Notes: a model not told the origin generated them from the letters alone. DNA of 64,000 nt from an uncultured Actinomycetes bacterium (GCA_963742735.1 CAVUMN010000003.1:736001-800000); one strand, 5' to 3'. Counted from the first letter of the stretch, positions 1-13,378 are shown. Translations and numbers: made by a program.

Positions 1-322
1 GGAGCGGCTCGACGACTACCGCGGCCGATCGCACGGGGAGGCCGTGGCGGTGGGGATGGCGTTCGCCGCCCGCCTGGCGGCCGACCTGGGGATGTGCGAC
101 CCCGCGCTGGTCGGGCGCCACCTTCGGGTGCTCGCCTCGCTCGGGTTGCCGCACGGCGCCGAGGGCGTGGACGTCGAACAGGTCCTGGAGGTCATGCGTC
201 TGGACAAGAAGTACCGCCACGGCCTGCGGTTCGCCCTGCTCGAGGACGTCGGCCGCCCGCGCCTGGTGGAGGACGTCGCCGAGGACGCCGTGCGCGCCGC
301 GATCGAGGGGCTTCGGTCGTGA
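1..322 (+). CDS. aroB: 3-dehydroquinate synthase, C-terminal part (truncated by window)
   Basis: Open frame from position 2 reads HGEAVAVGM...MRLDKK...LRFALLEDVG; directly upstream of aroQ. Confidence 0.9.
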   Translation, partial: ERLDDYRGRSHGEAVAVGMAFAARLAADLGMCDPALVGRHLRVLASLGLPHGAEGVDVEQVLEVMRLDKKYRHGLRFALLEDVGRPRLVEDVAEDAVRAAIEGLRS

Positions 323-753
323 AGGCCCTCGTCCTGCTGGGGCCGAACCTGGGGGCGCTGGGGCGCCGCGATCCGGAGACGTACGGGGCCGCATCGCTGG
401 AGGACGTCCGGGCCGAGCTGGAGGCGTGGGGGAGCGAGCACGGCCACGAGGTCGAGGTGGCCCAGTCGGATCACGAGGGCGAACTGGTCGGGCGGCTGCT
501 GGCGGCCAAGGAGGACGGCTTCGGCGGGGTCGCCCTGAACCCGGGCGGGCTGACCCACTACTCGATCTCGCTGCGCGACGCGGTCGAGGCCGCGGGCGTC
601 CCCGTGGTCGAGGTGCACCAGTCGAACATCTACGCGCGCGAGGAGTTCCGCCGCCATTCCGTGATCACGGAGGTGTGCGCCGGGGCCATCGTGGGCCTGG
701 GGACCCGCGGGTATGCTCTGGCGTTGGAGGCCCTCCGATGGATCACCGAGTAA
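319..753 (+). CDS. aroQ: Type II 3-dehydroquinate dehydratase
   Basis: GPNLGALGRRDPETYG, NPGGLTHYS, EVHQSNIYAREEFR motifs; GTG start overlaps the aroB stop (GTGA). Confidence 0.95.
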   Translation: MKALVLLGPNLGALGRRDPETYGAASLEDVRAELEAWGSEHGHEVEVAQSDHEGELVGRLLAAKEDGFGGVALNPGGLTHYSISLRDAVEAAGVPVVEVHQSNIYAREEFRRHSVITEVCAGAIVGLGTRGYALALEALRWITE

Positions 754-1812
754 GACGCGAACGACTGGCCGAGCGCCTGCCCGATCTGGGCGTCGACGCG
801 CTGCTGATCAGCCGCCTGGTCAACGTTCGGTACCTGACCGGGTTCACCGGCTCGAACGGCCAGCTGCTGCTGACGGGCCGGGGCGGCAGGTTCTTCACCG
901 ACTTCCGCTACGAGGAGCAGTCCGCGCACGAGGTCCCCGACCTGGAGCGGACGATCTACCGGACGACGTTCCACGACGCCTTCACGCCCGCCTGCTCGGA
1001 CCTGTGGGTGAAGCGGCTGGGCTTCGAGGCCCCCGGCGTCACCTATCAGTTCTTCCGCGACCTCGGCGAGAAGACTCCCGGGGTCGAGCTCGTCCCGATC
1101 GGGCCCGAGGTCGAGAAGCTCCGCTGGGTCAAGGACCCCGAGGAGCTCGGGAAGATCCGCCGGGCCCAGGCCATCACCGACGAGGGCTTCGAGAAGGTCA
1201 TCGGCAAGCTCGCCGAGGGGCATGACCGAGCGCGACGTCGCCCTGGAGCTCGAGTTCGCCATGCGAGCGGCCGGCGGCGACGGCCTGGCCTTCGACACCA
1301 TCGCCGCGTTCGGCGAGAACGCGGCCGAGCCCCATCACGCGCCGACCGGCCGGGCCCTGGCCCGCGGCGACGTCGTCAAGCTCGACTTCGGCGCGCTGGC
1401 CGATGGCTACCACTCGGACATGACCCGGACGGTGGCGTTCGGCGACCCCGGCCCGAGGATCCGCGAGATCTACGCGATCGTGCAGGAGGCCCAGCAGGCC
1501 GGGATCGACGCGGTCCGCGCGGGCGTGGTCGGCCGCGACGCCGACGCCGTCGCGCGGAAGGTCATCGCCGATGCCGGGTACGGCGAGCAGTACGGGCACT
1601 CGCTCGGCCACGGGGTGGGCCTGGAGATCCACGAGGGCCCGACGCTGCGGGCCGCCTCCGAGGAGGTCCTCCCGGCCGGCGCGGTGGTCACCGTGGAGCC
1701 GGGCATCTACCTTCCCGGGGTCGGCGGCGTGCGCATCGAGGACATGGTCGAGGTGACCGAGGACGGATGCGTGCCGATGCCCTCGACCCCCAAGGACCTG
1801 CGCGTCCTGTAG
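738..1812 (+). CDS. Xaa-Pro aminopeptidase (M24B, YqhT/PepQ-like), split by a +1 frameshift at the G-run 1217-1220
   Basis: Creatinase_N-like region (NVRYLTGFTGS) from ATG 738; M24 catalytic domain (DFGA, YHSDMTRT, HSLGHGVGLEIHE, TVEPGIY, GVRIED) in the frame of 1222..1812; usual position upstream of efp. Confidence 0.9.
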
Positions 1813-1832
1813 ATCGACGAAAGGAACCCCTG

Positions 1833-2399
1833 TTGAGCGTCTCCACCAACGACCTGAAGCGGGGCATGACCCTCGACCTGGACGGCACGCTGTTCCAGGT
1901 CCTGGAGTACCAGCACCACAAGCCCGGCAAGGGCAACGCCGTCGTGCGGACGAAGCTCCGCAACGTGAAGACCGGGGCGGTCCTGGACAAGACCTTCAAC
2001 TCCGACGAGAAGGTCGGCATGGCCCGAGTGGACCGCAACGAGATGCAGTACCTGTATCGCGAGGGCGGCGACCTGGTGTTCATGGACTCGACGAGCTACG
2101 AGCAGCTCCACGTCCCGGCGGAGGCCGTCGGCGACGCCGTGAAGTACCTGGTCGAGGGGATGTCGCCGGTCGTCGCCACGCATGAGGGCCAGGTCCTGGG
2201 CGTGGAGCTCCCGGCGTCGGTGGTGCTGAAGGTCACCAAGAGCGACCCCGGCGTGAAGGGCAACACCTCCAGCGGCGCGACCAAGCCGGCGACGCTGGAG
2301 ACGGGGATCACCGTCCAGGTCCCGCTGTTCGTCGAGCAGGGCGACTCGCTGAAGATCGACACCCGCACCGGCGAGTACCTCACCCGCGAGAAGGGCTAG
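1833..2399 (+). CDS. efp: Translation elongation factor P
   Basis: HHKPGKGNAVVRTK, KPATLETG, VPLFV, IDTRTGEY; TTG start preceded by AAGGAA. Confidence 0.97.
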   Translation: MSVSTNDLKRGMTLDLDGTLFQVLEYQHHKPGKGNAVVRTKLRNVKTGAVLDKTFNSDEKVGMARVDRNEMQYLYREGGDLVFMDSTSYEQLHVPAEAVGDAVKYLVEGMSPVVATHEGQVLGVELPASVVLKVTKSDPGVKGNTSSGATKPATLETGITVQVPLFVEQGDSLKIDTRTGEYLTREKG

Positions 2400-2406
2400 C
2401 CGCCGC

Positions 2407-2811
2407 GTGCCCCGGCGTAGGACCGCGCGCCGCCGGGCCATCGACGTCCTGTACCAGGCCGACCTGACCGAGCGCGCCCCGAGCGAGGTGCTGGCCGAGC
2501 GCGACGCGCTGGAGCGGATCGCCCCCGTGTACGCCCGGGAGTGCGTGCTCGGCGTCCAGGACCGGCTCGGCGAGATCGACCGGGTGCTGGGGGAGGCGGC
2601 GGAGGGGTGGACGGTGGCCCGGATGCCGGCGGTGGACCGGGCGATCCTGCGCCTGGCCGCCTACGAGATCCTGTATCGCGATGACGTGCCGGACGCCGTG
2701 ATCATCAACGAGGCGGTGGAGTCGGCGAAGGAGCTTTCGACGGAGGCGTCGCGGGGGTTCGTGAACGGCCTGCTGGGCAAGATCGCGCGAGACCGCGCGG
2801 CCGCGGGCTGA
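2407..2811 (+). CDS. nusB: Transcription antitermination factor NusB
   Basis: RRTARRRAIDVLYQ, RMPAVDRAILRLA, INEAVE, FVNGLL; follows efp. Confidence 0.95.
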   Translation: MPRRRTARRRAIDVLYQADLTERAPSEVLAERDALERIAPVYARECVLGVQDRLGEIDRVLGEAAEGWTVARMPAVDRAILRLAAYEILYRDDVPDAVIINEAVESAKELSTEASRGFVNGLLGKIARDRAAAG

Positions 2812-2816
2812 GCCGC

Positions 2817-3011
2817 CTAGTCGGGCGGAGGGGACTTCTTGGCGTCGGCGGGCTCGTCCTCGTCGACCTGTCCCTCGCGGAGGCCCTCCTTGAACTCCTT
2901 GGAGGAGCGGCCGAGCGAGCGCGCGAGCTCGGGGAGCTTCCGCGCCCCGAACAGGAGCACGATCGCAACCACGATCAGGATGATCTCGGGCGGTCCGATG
3001 TTCGCCAGCAC
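2817..3011 (-). CDS. tatA: Twin-arginine translocase TatA/E subunit
   Basis: IGPPEIILIVVAIVLLFGARKLPELARSLGRSSKEFKEG. Confidence 0.93.
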   Translation of the reverse strand: MLANIGPPEIILIVVAIVLLFGARKLPELARSLGRSSKEFKEGLREGQVDEDEPADAKKSPPPD

Positions 3012-3049
3012 GCGATCAGTCTACGCCCGCGGTGTATGCTTCGGGACGA

Positions 3050-4630
<1,581 letters not shown>

Positions 4631-4634
<4 letters not shown>

Positions 4635-5911
4635 AGACGCTCTTCAAGGGAGCGCGCGTGGTGGACCCGGCCTCCGGGCGCGACGAGACCGCCGACGTGC
4701 TGGTCGTCGACGAGGCCATCGAGGCGGTGGGCAACGGCGGCGCGAAGGGCGCCGGCGTGGTCGACGCCGCGGGCCTGGTGCTGGCCCCGGGGTTCGTGGA
4801 CCTCCACGCCCATCTGCGCGAGCCGGGCCGCGAGGACGCCGAGACCATCGAGACCGGCTCCCGCGCGGCGGCGATGGGCGGCTACACGGCGGTGTGCGCG
4901 ATGCCCAACACCGAGCCGGTGGCCGACAACGCGGCGGTGATCATGGAGGTCCGCAACCTGGCCGACAAGGCCGGGCTGGTGGACGTCCACCCCGCCGGGG
5001 CCATCACCAAGCGGATCGAGGGCGAGGAGCTCGCGGAGATCGGCGAGATGGCCGAGCTCGGGGTCCGCCTGTTCACCGACGACCACAACTGCGTGCAGTC
5101 CGCCCAGGTCATGCGGATGGCCCTGGAGTACGCGAAGGCGTTCGACGTGGTGCTCTCCCAGCACGCCCAGGAGGGGACCCTCTCCGAGGGCTGGCAGATG
5201 CACGAGGGCTACTACTCGAGCCTGCTCGGCCTGAAGGGCACCCCGGGCGAGGCGGAGTCGATCATCGTCGCCCGCGACCTGCAGCTGGCCGCGCTGACCG
5301 CCGGCCGCATCCACTTCACGCATCTCTCCGCCGCTCGCTCCGCCGAGCTCATCGCGCGCGAACGCGACGGTGACATCCGGGTCAGTGCGGATGTGACTCC
5401 CCACCACCTCACCTTCACCGACGAGGACCTTCAGTCCTACGACACGAATCTGCGGTTCAACCCTCCGCCTCGGTCCTTGGACGACCGGTCGGGTCTCCGG
5501 GCTGGCGTTCAGCGGGGTGTCATCGATGCGATCGCCACCGACCACGCGCCGCATGCCGTCGAGGACAAGGAGGTTGAATTCGATCAGGCCCGTCCGGGCA
5601 CCATCGGGCTCGAGACGGCCCTGGCCGCGTCCCTCACGGCGCTCGAGATCGACCTTCCCGGCCTCGTCGGCGCGATGTCCACGAACCCGGCCCGGATCCT
5701 GGGGCTGGCCGACCAGGGGGGGCCGATCGAGCCGGGGCGGCCGGCGAACCTCGTCCTGTTCGACCCGGCCGCGGAGTGGACGGTCGGAGAACGCCCGTTC
5801 GCGTCGAGGTCGCGGAACTCCGCCTTCCTGGGGCGCACGCTCACCGGCCGGGTGGTCCACACGATGCTCCGGGGCCGGTTCACCGTGCGCGACGGCGAGG
5901 GGGCCTGGTGA
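4631..5911 (+). CDS. pyrC: Dihydroorotase
   Basis: [29 protein letters not shown]; GTGA coupling to pyrB. Confidence 0.96.
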
Positions 5912-7032
5912 CGTCGCGGGACGCGCTCCTGGTCCTGGAGGACGGCACGTCCTTCCGCGGACGCGGCTTCGGGGCGACCGGGGAGACGTTCGGCGAGGCC
6001 GTGTTCAACACCGGCATGTCCGGCTACCAGGAGGTCCTGACCGATCCCTCCTACGCGAATCAGATCGTCACCATGACCAGCCCGCAGATCGGCAACTACG
6101 GCGTGAACGACGCCGACGCCGAGTCCGACCGGATCCAGGTGGCCGGCTTCGTGGTCCGGGAGGTGTCACGCCGCGTCAGCAACTGGCGGTCCGAGCGCTC
6201 CCTGCAGGAGGAGCTCGAATCGGCCGGGGTGATCGGCATCGAGGGCATCGACACGCGCCGGCTGGTCCTGCACATCCGCACCCTGGGGGCGATGCGCGCG
6301 GGCATCTCCACCGAGGACCTCGACCCGGCGAGCCTGGTCGCGCGGGTGAAGGAGCAGCCGGGCATGGAGGGCGCCGACCTGGCCAAGGAGGTCTCGACGC
6401 GCGAGCCGTACGCGGCCGCCGACATCGCCGGGGAGCTCCCCGCGTTCCAGGGTCAGCGGTACCGTGTGGCCGCCTACGACTTCGGGATCAAGCGAAACAT
6501 CCTCCGCCTGCTGGAGGCCAACGGCTGTGAGACCACCGTCTACCCGGCGGAGACCCCTGCCGAGACGATCCTGGAGGGCGGCTACGACGGCGTCTTCCTG
6601 TCGAACGGGCCGGGCGACCCCGCGGCCACCCGCTACGGGATCGAGGCCATCAAGGGGCTGCTCGGCAAGACGCCGGTGTTCGGGATCTGCCTGGGCCACC
6701 AGCTGCTCGGGCTGGCGCTCGGCGGGCGGTCGTACAAGCTCATGTTCGGGCACCGGGGCTCGAACCAGCCGGTACTCAACCGCGACACCCGCAAGGTCGA
6801 GGTCACCAGCCATAACCACGGGTTCGCCATCGAGGGCGCCTCGCTCGAGGGCGGCTCCGACTTCGGCGAGGTGAGCCTGACCCACTGGAACCTGAACGAC
6901 GACACGCTCGAGGGCCTCCGCTGCCACGACGTGCCCGCCTTCTCGGTCCAGTACCACCCCGAGGCCGCGCCCGGCCCCCACGACAGCCGGTACCTGTTCG
7001 ACCGCTTTCGCGAATTGATGGGGGCTCAGTAA
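5908..7032 (+). CDS. carA: Carbamoyl-phosphate synthase small subunit
   Basis: GEAVFNTGMSGYQE, LSNGPGDP, FGICLGHQ, QYHPEAAPGPHD. Confidence 0.97.
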   Translation: MTSRDALLVLEDGTSFRGRGFGATGETFGEAVFNTGMSGYQEVLTDPSYANQIVTMTSPQIGNYGVNDADAESDRIQVAGFVVREVSRRVSNWRSERSLQEELESAGVIGIEGIDTRRLVLHIRTLGAMRAGISTEDLDPASLVARVKEQPGMEGADLAKEVSTREPYAAADIAGELPAFQGQRYRVAAYDFGIKRNILRLLEANGCETTVYPAETPAETILEGGYDGVFLSNGPGDPAATRYGIEAIKGLLGKTPVFGICLGHQLLGLALGGRSYKLMFGHRGSNQPVLNRDTRKVEVTSHNHGFAIEGASLEGGSDFGEVSLTHWNLNDDTLEGLRCHDVPAFSVQYHPEAAPGPHDSRYLFDRFRELMGAQ

Positions 7033-7035
7033 CCG

Positions 7036-10000
7036 ATGCCGAAGCGGACCGACCTGCGGACGATCCTGGTGATCGGGTCCGGGCCGATCGTGATCGGGCA
7101 GGCGTGCGAGTTCGACTATTCGGGGACCCAGGCGTGCAAGGCGCTGCTGGCCGAGGGCTACCGGGTGGTCCTGGTGAACTCGAACCCGGCCACGATCATG
7201 ACCGACCCGGAGTTCGCCACCCGGACCTACATCGAGCCGCTCACGGTCGAGTCCGTGACCCAGGTCATCGAGGCCGAGAAACCCGACGCGCTCCTGCCGA
7301 CGCTCGGCGGCCAGACCGCCCTGAACCTCGCCGTCGCCCTGGCCACCGACGGCGTGCTCGAGAAGCACAACGTGCAGCTCATCGGCGCCGGCCTGGAGGC
7401 GATCAACCGCGCGGAGGACCGCCGGCAGTTCGCGGAGACCATGACCGCGGTCGGGCTGCCCCTGCCCCGCAGCGGCTTCGCCTACTCGGTGGAGGAGGCC
7501 CTGGGTGTGGCCGAGGACCTCGGATACCCGGTGATGATCCGGCCGAGCTTCATCCTGGGGGGCGGCGGCACGGGCATCGCCGGCGACGCGGACGAGCTGC
7601 GTACCGCGGCCGGCGAGGGGATCGCCGCCAGCCCGATCGGCGAGGTCCTCGTGGAGGAGTCCGTGGAGGGCTGGAAGGAGTTCGAGCTCGAGGTCATGCG
7701 CGACCTGGACGACAACGCGGTCGTCATCTGCTCGATCGAGAACGTGGACCCGATGGGCGTCCACACCGGCGACTCGATCACGGTGGCCCCGGCCCAGACC
7801 CTCACCGACCGCGAGTACCAGCGGATGCGCGACTACGGCCTGGCCTGCATCCGGGCCATCGGCGTGGACACCGGCGGCTCGAACATCCAGTTCGCGGTCC
7901 ACCCCGAGGACGGCCGGATGGTCCTGATCGAGATGAACCCCCGGGTCAGCCGGTCCTCCGCCCTGGCCAGCAAGGCCACCGGGTTCCCCATCGCCAAGAT
8001 CGCGGCCCTGCTGGCCGTCGGCTACCGGCTCGACGAGATCACCAACGACATCACGGGGGAGACGCCGGCGGCGTTCGAGCCGACCCTGGACTACGTGGTG
8101 GTCAAGGTTCCCCGCTGGGCGTTCGAGAAGTTCCCGGAGGCCGACCGCACCCTCACCACGCGGATGAAGTCCGTGGGTGAGGTCATGGCCATCGGGCGGA
8201 CCTTCAGGGAGGCCCTCGGCAAGGCCTTCCGCTCCCTGGAGAAGTCCGGCTCCGACCTGCTGTCCGACGAGCTCGGCCCGCTGACCGCGCCCGCGCCGGA
8301 GGAGGTCGCCACCCCCACCGAGAACCGCATCGCGTTCGTCGAGGCCGCCCTTCGCGCGGGGCAGTCCGTCGACGAGGTCGCCGGCGTCTCCCGCATCGAC
8401 CCCTGGTTCGTGGACCAGATCGCCCAGATGGGGGAAGCGGCCGACCGGCTCGCCGGGCGGCGACTGTCGAGCCTGGCGGCCGACGACCTTCGCGCGGCGA
8501 AGCGCGACGGCCTGTCCGACCCCCGGATCGCCCGGCTCCTCGGCACGACCGAGGGCGAGGTCCGCGCCGCTCGCCGGGCCGCCGGTGTCCGGCCGGTGTT
8601 CAAGACCGTCGACACCTGCGCCGGCGAGTTCGAGGCCCGCACCCCGTACTACTACTCGACCTACGAGGACGAGACCGAGGTCCGACCTGCCGAGAAGCCC
8701 CGGATCGTGATCCTGGGGGCCGGGCCGAACCGGATCGGCCAGGGCATCGAATTCGACTACGCGTGCGTGCACGCGGCGTTCGCGCTCCGCGAGGCCGGCT
8801 ACGAGACCGTGATGGTGAACTGCAACCCCGAGACGGTCTCCACCGACTACGACACCTCCGACCGCCTGTACTTCGAGCCCCTCACGGTCGAGGACGTGCT
8901 GGCGGTCTGCGAGGCCGAGGACCCGGTCGGGGTCATCGTCCAGCTCGGCGGCCAGACCCCCTTGAAGCTCGCCCACGCGCTGGAGAACGAGGGCTACACG
9001 ATCCTGGGGACCAGCCCGGAGTCGATCGACCTGGCCGAGGACCGGGGCAAGTTCGGCGCCATGCTGAACCGGCTGGAGCTCCCCGCGCCGGCCCACGGTG
9101 AGGCCCGCTCGATCGAGGAGGCCCGCGAGGTGGCCGGGCGCGTGGGCTACCCGGTGATGGTCCGGCCGTCGTACGTGCTGGGCGGCCGCGCGATGGAGAT
9201 CGTCTACGCCGACGAGGAGCTCGCCCGCTACATCCTGAGCGCCACCGCGGCCATGGCGGAGCACCCGATCCTGATCGACCGGTTCCTGGAGGGGGCGATC
9301 GAGGTCGACGTCGACGCGGTCGCCGACGGCGAGCGCATCTACATCGGCGCGGTGATGGAGCACATCGAGGAGGCCGGCGTGCACTCCGGCGACTCGAGCT
9401 GCCTGATCCCTCCCATCGCGCTGTCCGACGACATGCTCGACGAGATCGAGGACGCCACGCGCCGGGTGGCCGACGCCTTGCAGGTCCGCGGCCTGATCAA
9501 CATCCAGTTCGCCGTGAAGGGCGAGCGGGCGTGGATCCTGGAGGCGAATCCGCGGGCGTCCCGGACGATCCCGTTCGTGTCGAAGGCCACCGGGGTGCCC
9601 CTGGCCAAGGTCGCCGCCCGAGTGATGGCGGGAGAGACCCTGGAGGCGATGGTGGCCGAGGGCCTGCTCCCCGACGAGCCGCAGCGGTACCGCCACCTGC
9701 CCCACGTCTCGGTGAAGGCGGCCGTGCTCCCGTTCGGGCGGTTCCCGGGCGTCGACACCGTGCTCGGGCCGGAGATGAAGTCCACGGGCGAGGTCATGGG
9801 CATCGACCACGATCTGGGCTCGGCGCTGGCCAAGGCCCAGACCGCGACCGGGGCGGCCTTGCCGAAGACCGGGACGGTGTTCGTGAGCGTGAGCGACCGG
9901 GACAAGCGCAGCATCCTGTTCCCGGCCAAGCGGCTGGCCGACCTGGGCTTCGAGATCCTGGCGACGCGGGGGACGGCCTCGCTGCTCTCCCGGGCCGGGG

Positions 10001-10296
10001 TGACGGTGCAGGTGGTGCCGAAGATGGCCGAGGGCCACCCCAACGCCGCCGACCTGATCGCCTCGGGGCGGGTGGACCTGGTCATCAACACCCCGTTCGG
10101 GCGGGGGGCGCGGGGCGACGGGTACTTCATCCGCACGGCGGCCGCGCGGGCGGGGGTGCCCTGCGTGACGACCGTCCCGGGCATCCAGGCGGCCGTGCAG
10201 GGGATCGAGGCCCTGCGGCGGGAGACGGCCACGGCCCGCGCGTTGCAGGATTACCTCATGGAACCGCCCCGGGCCGAGCACGAGGTGTCCCCGTGA
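7036..10296 (+). CDS. carB: Carbamoyl-phosphate synthase large subunit
   Basis: MPKRTD...[17 protein letters not shown], duplicated ATP-grasp halves, C-terminal MGS domain. Confidence 0.98.
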   Translation: MPKRTDLRTILVIGSGPIVIGQACEFDYSGTQACKALLAEGYRVVLVNSNPATIMTDPEFATRTYIEPLTVESVTQVIEAEKPDALLPTLGGQTALNLAVALATDGVLEKHNVQLIGAGLEAINRAEDRRQFAETMTAVGLPLPRSGFAYSVEEALGVAEDLGYPVMIRPSFILGGGGTGIAGDADELRTAAGEGIAASPIGEVLVEESVEGWKEFELEVMRDLDDNAVVICSIENVDPMGVHTGDSITVAPAQTLTDREYQRMRDYGLACIRAIGVDTGGSNIQFAVHPEDGRMVLIEMNPRVSRSSALASKATGFPIAKIAALLAVGYRLDEITNDITGETPAAFEPTLDYVVVKVPRWAFEKFPEADRTLTTRMKSVGEVMAIGRTFREALGKAFRSLEKSGSDLLSDELGPLTAPAPEEVATPTENRIAFVEAALRAGQSVDEVAGVSRIDPWFVDQIAQMGEAADRLAGRRLSSLAADDLRAAKRDGLSDPRIARLLGTTEGEVRAARRAAGVRPVFKTVDTCAGEFEARTPYYYSTYEDETEVRPAEKPRIVILGAGPNRIGQGIEFDYACVHAAFALREAGYETVMVNCNPETVSTDYDTSDRLYFEPLTVEDVLAVCEAEDPVGVIVQLGGQTPLKLAHALENEGYTILGTSPESIDLAEDRGKFGAMLNRLELPAPAHGEARSIEEAREVAGRVGYPVMVRPSYVLGGRAMEIVYADEELARYILSATAAMAEHPILIDRFLEGAIEVDVDAVADGERIYIGAVMEHIEEAGVHSGDSSCLIPPIALSDDMLDEIEDATRRVADALQVRGLINIQFAVKGERAWILEANPRASRTIPFVSKATGVPLAKVAARVMAGETLEAMVAEGLLPDEPQRYRHLPHVSVKAAVLPFGRFPGVDTVLGPEMKSTGEVMGIDHDLGSALAKAQTATGAALPKTGTVFVSVSDRDKRSILFPAKRLADLGFEILATRGTASLLSRAGVTVQVVPKMAEGHPNAADLIASGRVDLVINTPFGRGARGDGYFIRTAAARAGVPCVTTVPGIQAAVQGIEALRRETATARALQDYLMEPPRAEHEVSP

Positions 10297-11218
10297 TCCG
10301 GGCGCAGTGCGAGGTGCTGAGCACGCGGCGGGTCGGCTCGTACCACTCGATCACCATCGTGGCCCCCGAGATCGCCGACGAGGCCCGCCCCGGCCAGTTC
10401 GTGGAGATCGGCGTCCCCGCGGGGCGCTCCGTGCTGCTGCGCCGGCCCTTCTCGATCCACCAGGCCTCCCGGCGGGGCGGCTGGGCGGGGACGCTCGAGG
10501 TCGTCTACGACGTGCACGGGCCGGGCACCGAATGGCTGACGACCGTCCACCAGCACGACGTGCTGGACGTGGTGGGGCCCCTCGGGCGGGCGTTCACGAT
10601 CCCCGGCCCCGAGCTGAACAACTGCCTGCTGGTGGGCGGCGGCTACGGGGCGGCCCCCCTGTACTTCCTGGCCGAGGAGCTCCGGGCCAAGGGCAAGCGC
10701 GTGGACATGGTCATCGGCGCCCGGGACCAGGAGCGGGTGTTCAAGGCCGTGGAGGGCAAGCGACTGGCCGTGGCCATCCGGATCACCACCGAGGACGGCT
10801 CGGCCGGCGCCCGGGGGAAGGTCACCGACGTGCTCCCCACGATGATCGGGCAGTACAGCGCCCAGGTCGTCTACGCGTGCGGGCCGAACGCCATGCTCCG
10901 GGCCATCGCCGAGTACTGCCGGGATCAGGGCATCCCCTGCCAGGTCGCGGTCGAGGAGCTCATGGCCTGTGGACTGGGGGTGTGCTGGACGTGCGTGGTC
11001 CCGGTCTGGCGGCGCGAGGGCAAGTACTGGGACAACCTCCGGTCGTGCCGCGAGGGGCCGGTGTTCAACGGCGCCCGCGTGCACTGGGACAAGTGGATGG
11101 GCGCTCGCGCCGACGTCCCCGCCGAGCCGGCCGGCAACGGCCAGGAGCCGGAGGGCGCCCCCCGGAGGGCTACCCGACGATCCCGCCCGTGCCCATCGCC
11201 TCGGACCGGGAGCGATAG
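10293..11218 (+). CDS. pyrK: Dihydroorotate dehydrogenase electron transfer subunit (probable frameshift near the 3' end; as assembled it reads to 11255)
   Basis: [34 protein letters not shown]...SCREGPVF 2Fe-2S motif. Confidence 0.9.
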
Positions 11219-12181
11219 ATGCCCAAGGTCCGGGGTTCGCTCGCGGTCGACCTGAACGGCCTGCACCTGCCCACCCCGATCCTGGGGGCCTCGGGGACGT
11301 TCGGCTCGGGCGCCGAGATGGGCGAGATCATCGACCTCCGCCGCGTCGGCGGCATCATCACCAAGAGCGTGACCCTCAAGCCCCGCAAGGGCCTGCCCAC
11401 CCCGCGGATGGTGGAGACCCCCTCCGGCATGCTCAACGCGATCGGCCTGCAGAACCCCGGGGTGGAGGGATTCATCGCCAAAGACCTGCCGATCATCGCC
11501 GAACTGCAGACCCCGGTGATCCTGTCGATCGCCGGGGAGACCGTAGAGGAGTTCGTCTCGGTCGCCGTGCGGGCCAACGAGTTCCCGAACATCGTAGCCA
11601 TCGAGGCCAACATCTCTTGTCCGAACGTGGCCCGGCGGAACCAGGTGTTCGCCTGCCATCCGGACGCCGCCTCCGAGGTGGTGGGGGCCGTGTCCCGGAC
11701 CTCGCGGCTGCCCGTGTTCGCCAAGCTCACCCCGGACGTGACCGACATCGTCGAGATCGCCGACGCGTGCGTGCGGGCGGGGGCGCACGGGATCTCGCTC
11801 ATCAACACGCTGCTGGGGATGGCCATCGACGTCGAGACCGGCCGGCCGAGGCTCGCCGCGCTCACCGGGGGGCTGTCGGGGCCGGCCATCCGCCCCGTGG
11901 CCGTGCGGGCCGTCTACCAGGTCGCCCGGGCGTTCCCGGACGTGCCGATCATCGGCATGGGGGGCATCGCCACCGCCGAGGACGCCGCGGAGTTCATCCT
12001 GGCCGGGGCGTGGGCGGTGGCCGTCGGCACCGCCAACTTCTACAACCCCCACGCCACGATCGAGATCGCCCAGGGCCTCAAGGAGATCCTGGCCCGAAAG
12101 GGCCTCCAATCGCCCGCCGAGCTCAGGGGGAGGGTGGTTGGAGCCCAGCCGGTTCCGGAACCCGCTCATCGCGGCGGTTGA
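11219..12181 (+). CDS. pyrD: Dihydroorotate dehydrogenase (class 1B) catalytic subunit
   Basis: [34 protein letters not shown]. Confidence 0.96.
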   Translation: MPKVRGSLAVDLNGLHLPTPILGASGTFGSGAEMGEIIDLRRVGGIITKSVTLKPRKGLPTPRMVETPSGMLNAIGLQNPGVEGFIAKDLPIIAELQTPVILSIAGETVEEFVSVAVRANEFPNIVAIEANISCPNVARRNQVFACHPDAASEVVGAVSRTSRLPVFAKLTPDVTDIVEIADACVRAGAHGISLINTLLGMAIDVETGRPRLAALTGGLSGPAIRPVAVRAVYQVARAFPDVPIIGMGGIATAEDAAEFILAGAWAVAVGTANFYNPHATIEIAQGLKEILARKGLQSPAELRGRVVGAQPVPEPAHRGG

Positions 12182-12821
12182 CACGGCCGACCCCGAGCGG
12201 GCCGAGGCCCTGGCCAGGGCCCTGGCGGGGGCGGTGGCCATGCTCAAGGTGGGGTTGGAGCTGTTCGTGGCGGAGGGGCCCTCGGCGGTGGAGCGCGTCC
12301 GGGCCCACGCCCCCGTGTTCCTGGACCTGAAGCTCCACGACATCCCGAACACGGTCCGCGGCGCCGCCCGGTCGGCCGGCGCGCTGGGGATCGAGCTTCT
12401 CACCGTGCACGCCCTGGGGGGTCCGGCGATGGTGAGCGCGGCCGTGGAGGGCGCCGCCGAGGGGGCGGGCCGCGCCGGCGTCGAAGCCCCGCGGATCGTG
12501 GCGGTCACGGTGCTGTCCTCGCTGGCGGGGGAGGGCCTCGCCTCGCCGGCGTCGCTCGCGTTCGAGGCGGTGGAGGCGGGCGCGGCCGGCGTGGTGGTCT
12601 CGGGCGAGGACGTGAAGGAGGTCCGGGAGGCGTTGGGCGAGGAGGCCCTGCTGGTGGTCCCCGGCATCCGCCCGGCGGGCACGAACGGGCACGACCAGGT
12701 GCGGGTGCTGACCCCGGCCGAGGCTCTCGAGGCCGGGGCCGACTACCTTGTCGTGGGACGCCCGATCACCGAGCACGCGGATCCTCGCGCCGCCGCCGAG
12801 TCCATCGTCCGCTCGCTGTGA
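12138..12821 (+). CDS. pyrF: Orotidine-5'-phosphate decarboxylase
   Basis: [31 protein letters not shown]. Confidence 0.96.
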   Translation: MEPSRFRNPLIAAVDTADPERAEALARALAGAVAMLKVGLELFVAEGPSAVERVRAHAPVFLDLKLHDIPNTVRGAARSAGALGIELLTVHALGGPAMVSAAVEGAAEGAGRAGVEAPRIVAVTVLSSLAGEGLASPASLAFEAVEAGAAGVVVSGEDVKEVREALGEEALLVVPGIRPAGTNGHDQVRVLTPAEALEAGADYLVVGRPITEHADPRAAAESIVRSL

Positions 12822-13378
12822 ACACGGCCGAGGCGCGGGCGCTCCTGGAGTCCTGCGGGGCCGTGCTGTCCGGACACTTCCAGCTCACGAGCGGACGGCA
12901 CTCCGACACCTACATCGAGAAGGGCCGGGTGTTCGAGGACCCCGCCCTGACGTTCCGTCTTGCGGGCGAGCTGGCTCGGGCCCACCCGGAGGCGGCGGCC
13001 GTCGTGAGCCCGGCGGTGGGAGCGATCCCGCTCGGGTTCGCGGTGGCCCACGCGGCGGGCGCGCGGTTCCTCTTCGCCGAGCGCGAGGAGGGACGGATGG
13101 GGCTGCGCCGTGGGTTCGAGCTCCGGGCCGGGGAGCCCACCCTGATCGTCGAGGACGTGATCACCACGGGCGGCTCCGCCGCCGAGGTGGCCGAGCTGGT
13201 GCGGGCCGCCGGCGCGCGCCTGCTGGGGGTCGGGGCGCTGGTGGACCGCAGCGCCGAGCCGCCGCCCTTCGAGCTCACCGCGGTCCTGCGGATCGAGGCC
13301 CGGTCCTGGGACCGGGGGGAGTGCCCGCTGTGCGCCGAGGGCCGGCCGCTCACCGAGCGGGGGTCGCGGCATCTCTAA
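12818..13378 (+). CDS. pyrE: Orotate phosphoribosyltransferase
   Basis: [26 protein letters not shown]-binding loop. Confidence 0.95.
   Translation: MNTAEARALLESCGAVLSGHFQLTSGRHSDTYIEKGRVFEDPALTFRLAGELARAHPEAAAVVSPAVGAIPLGFAVAHAAGARFLFAEREEGRMGLRRGFELRAGEPTLIVEDVITTGGSAAEVAELVRAAGARLLGVGALVDRSAEPPPFELTAVLRIEARSWDRGECPLCAEGRPLTERGSRHL

Noticed and set aside
426-2399. 657-aa ORF that appears to fuse a peptidase N-domain to EF-P
   Set aside because: Artefact of the frameshift at about 1220; efp has its own SD and TTG start at 1833
6166-10281. 1371-aa antisense ORF (also 28190..31906, 14784..17627, 24556..27309, 61187..63886 and similar)
   Set aside because: Shadow ORFs opposite well-conserved genes, expected at very high GC3; no recognisable motifs
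12138-12181. 44-nt pyrD/pyrF overlap (and the 50-nt fmt/rsmB overlap) as possible frameshifts
   Set aside because: Both proteins are complete and plausible starts exist; no clear indel could be identified
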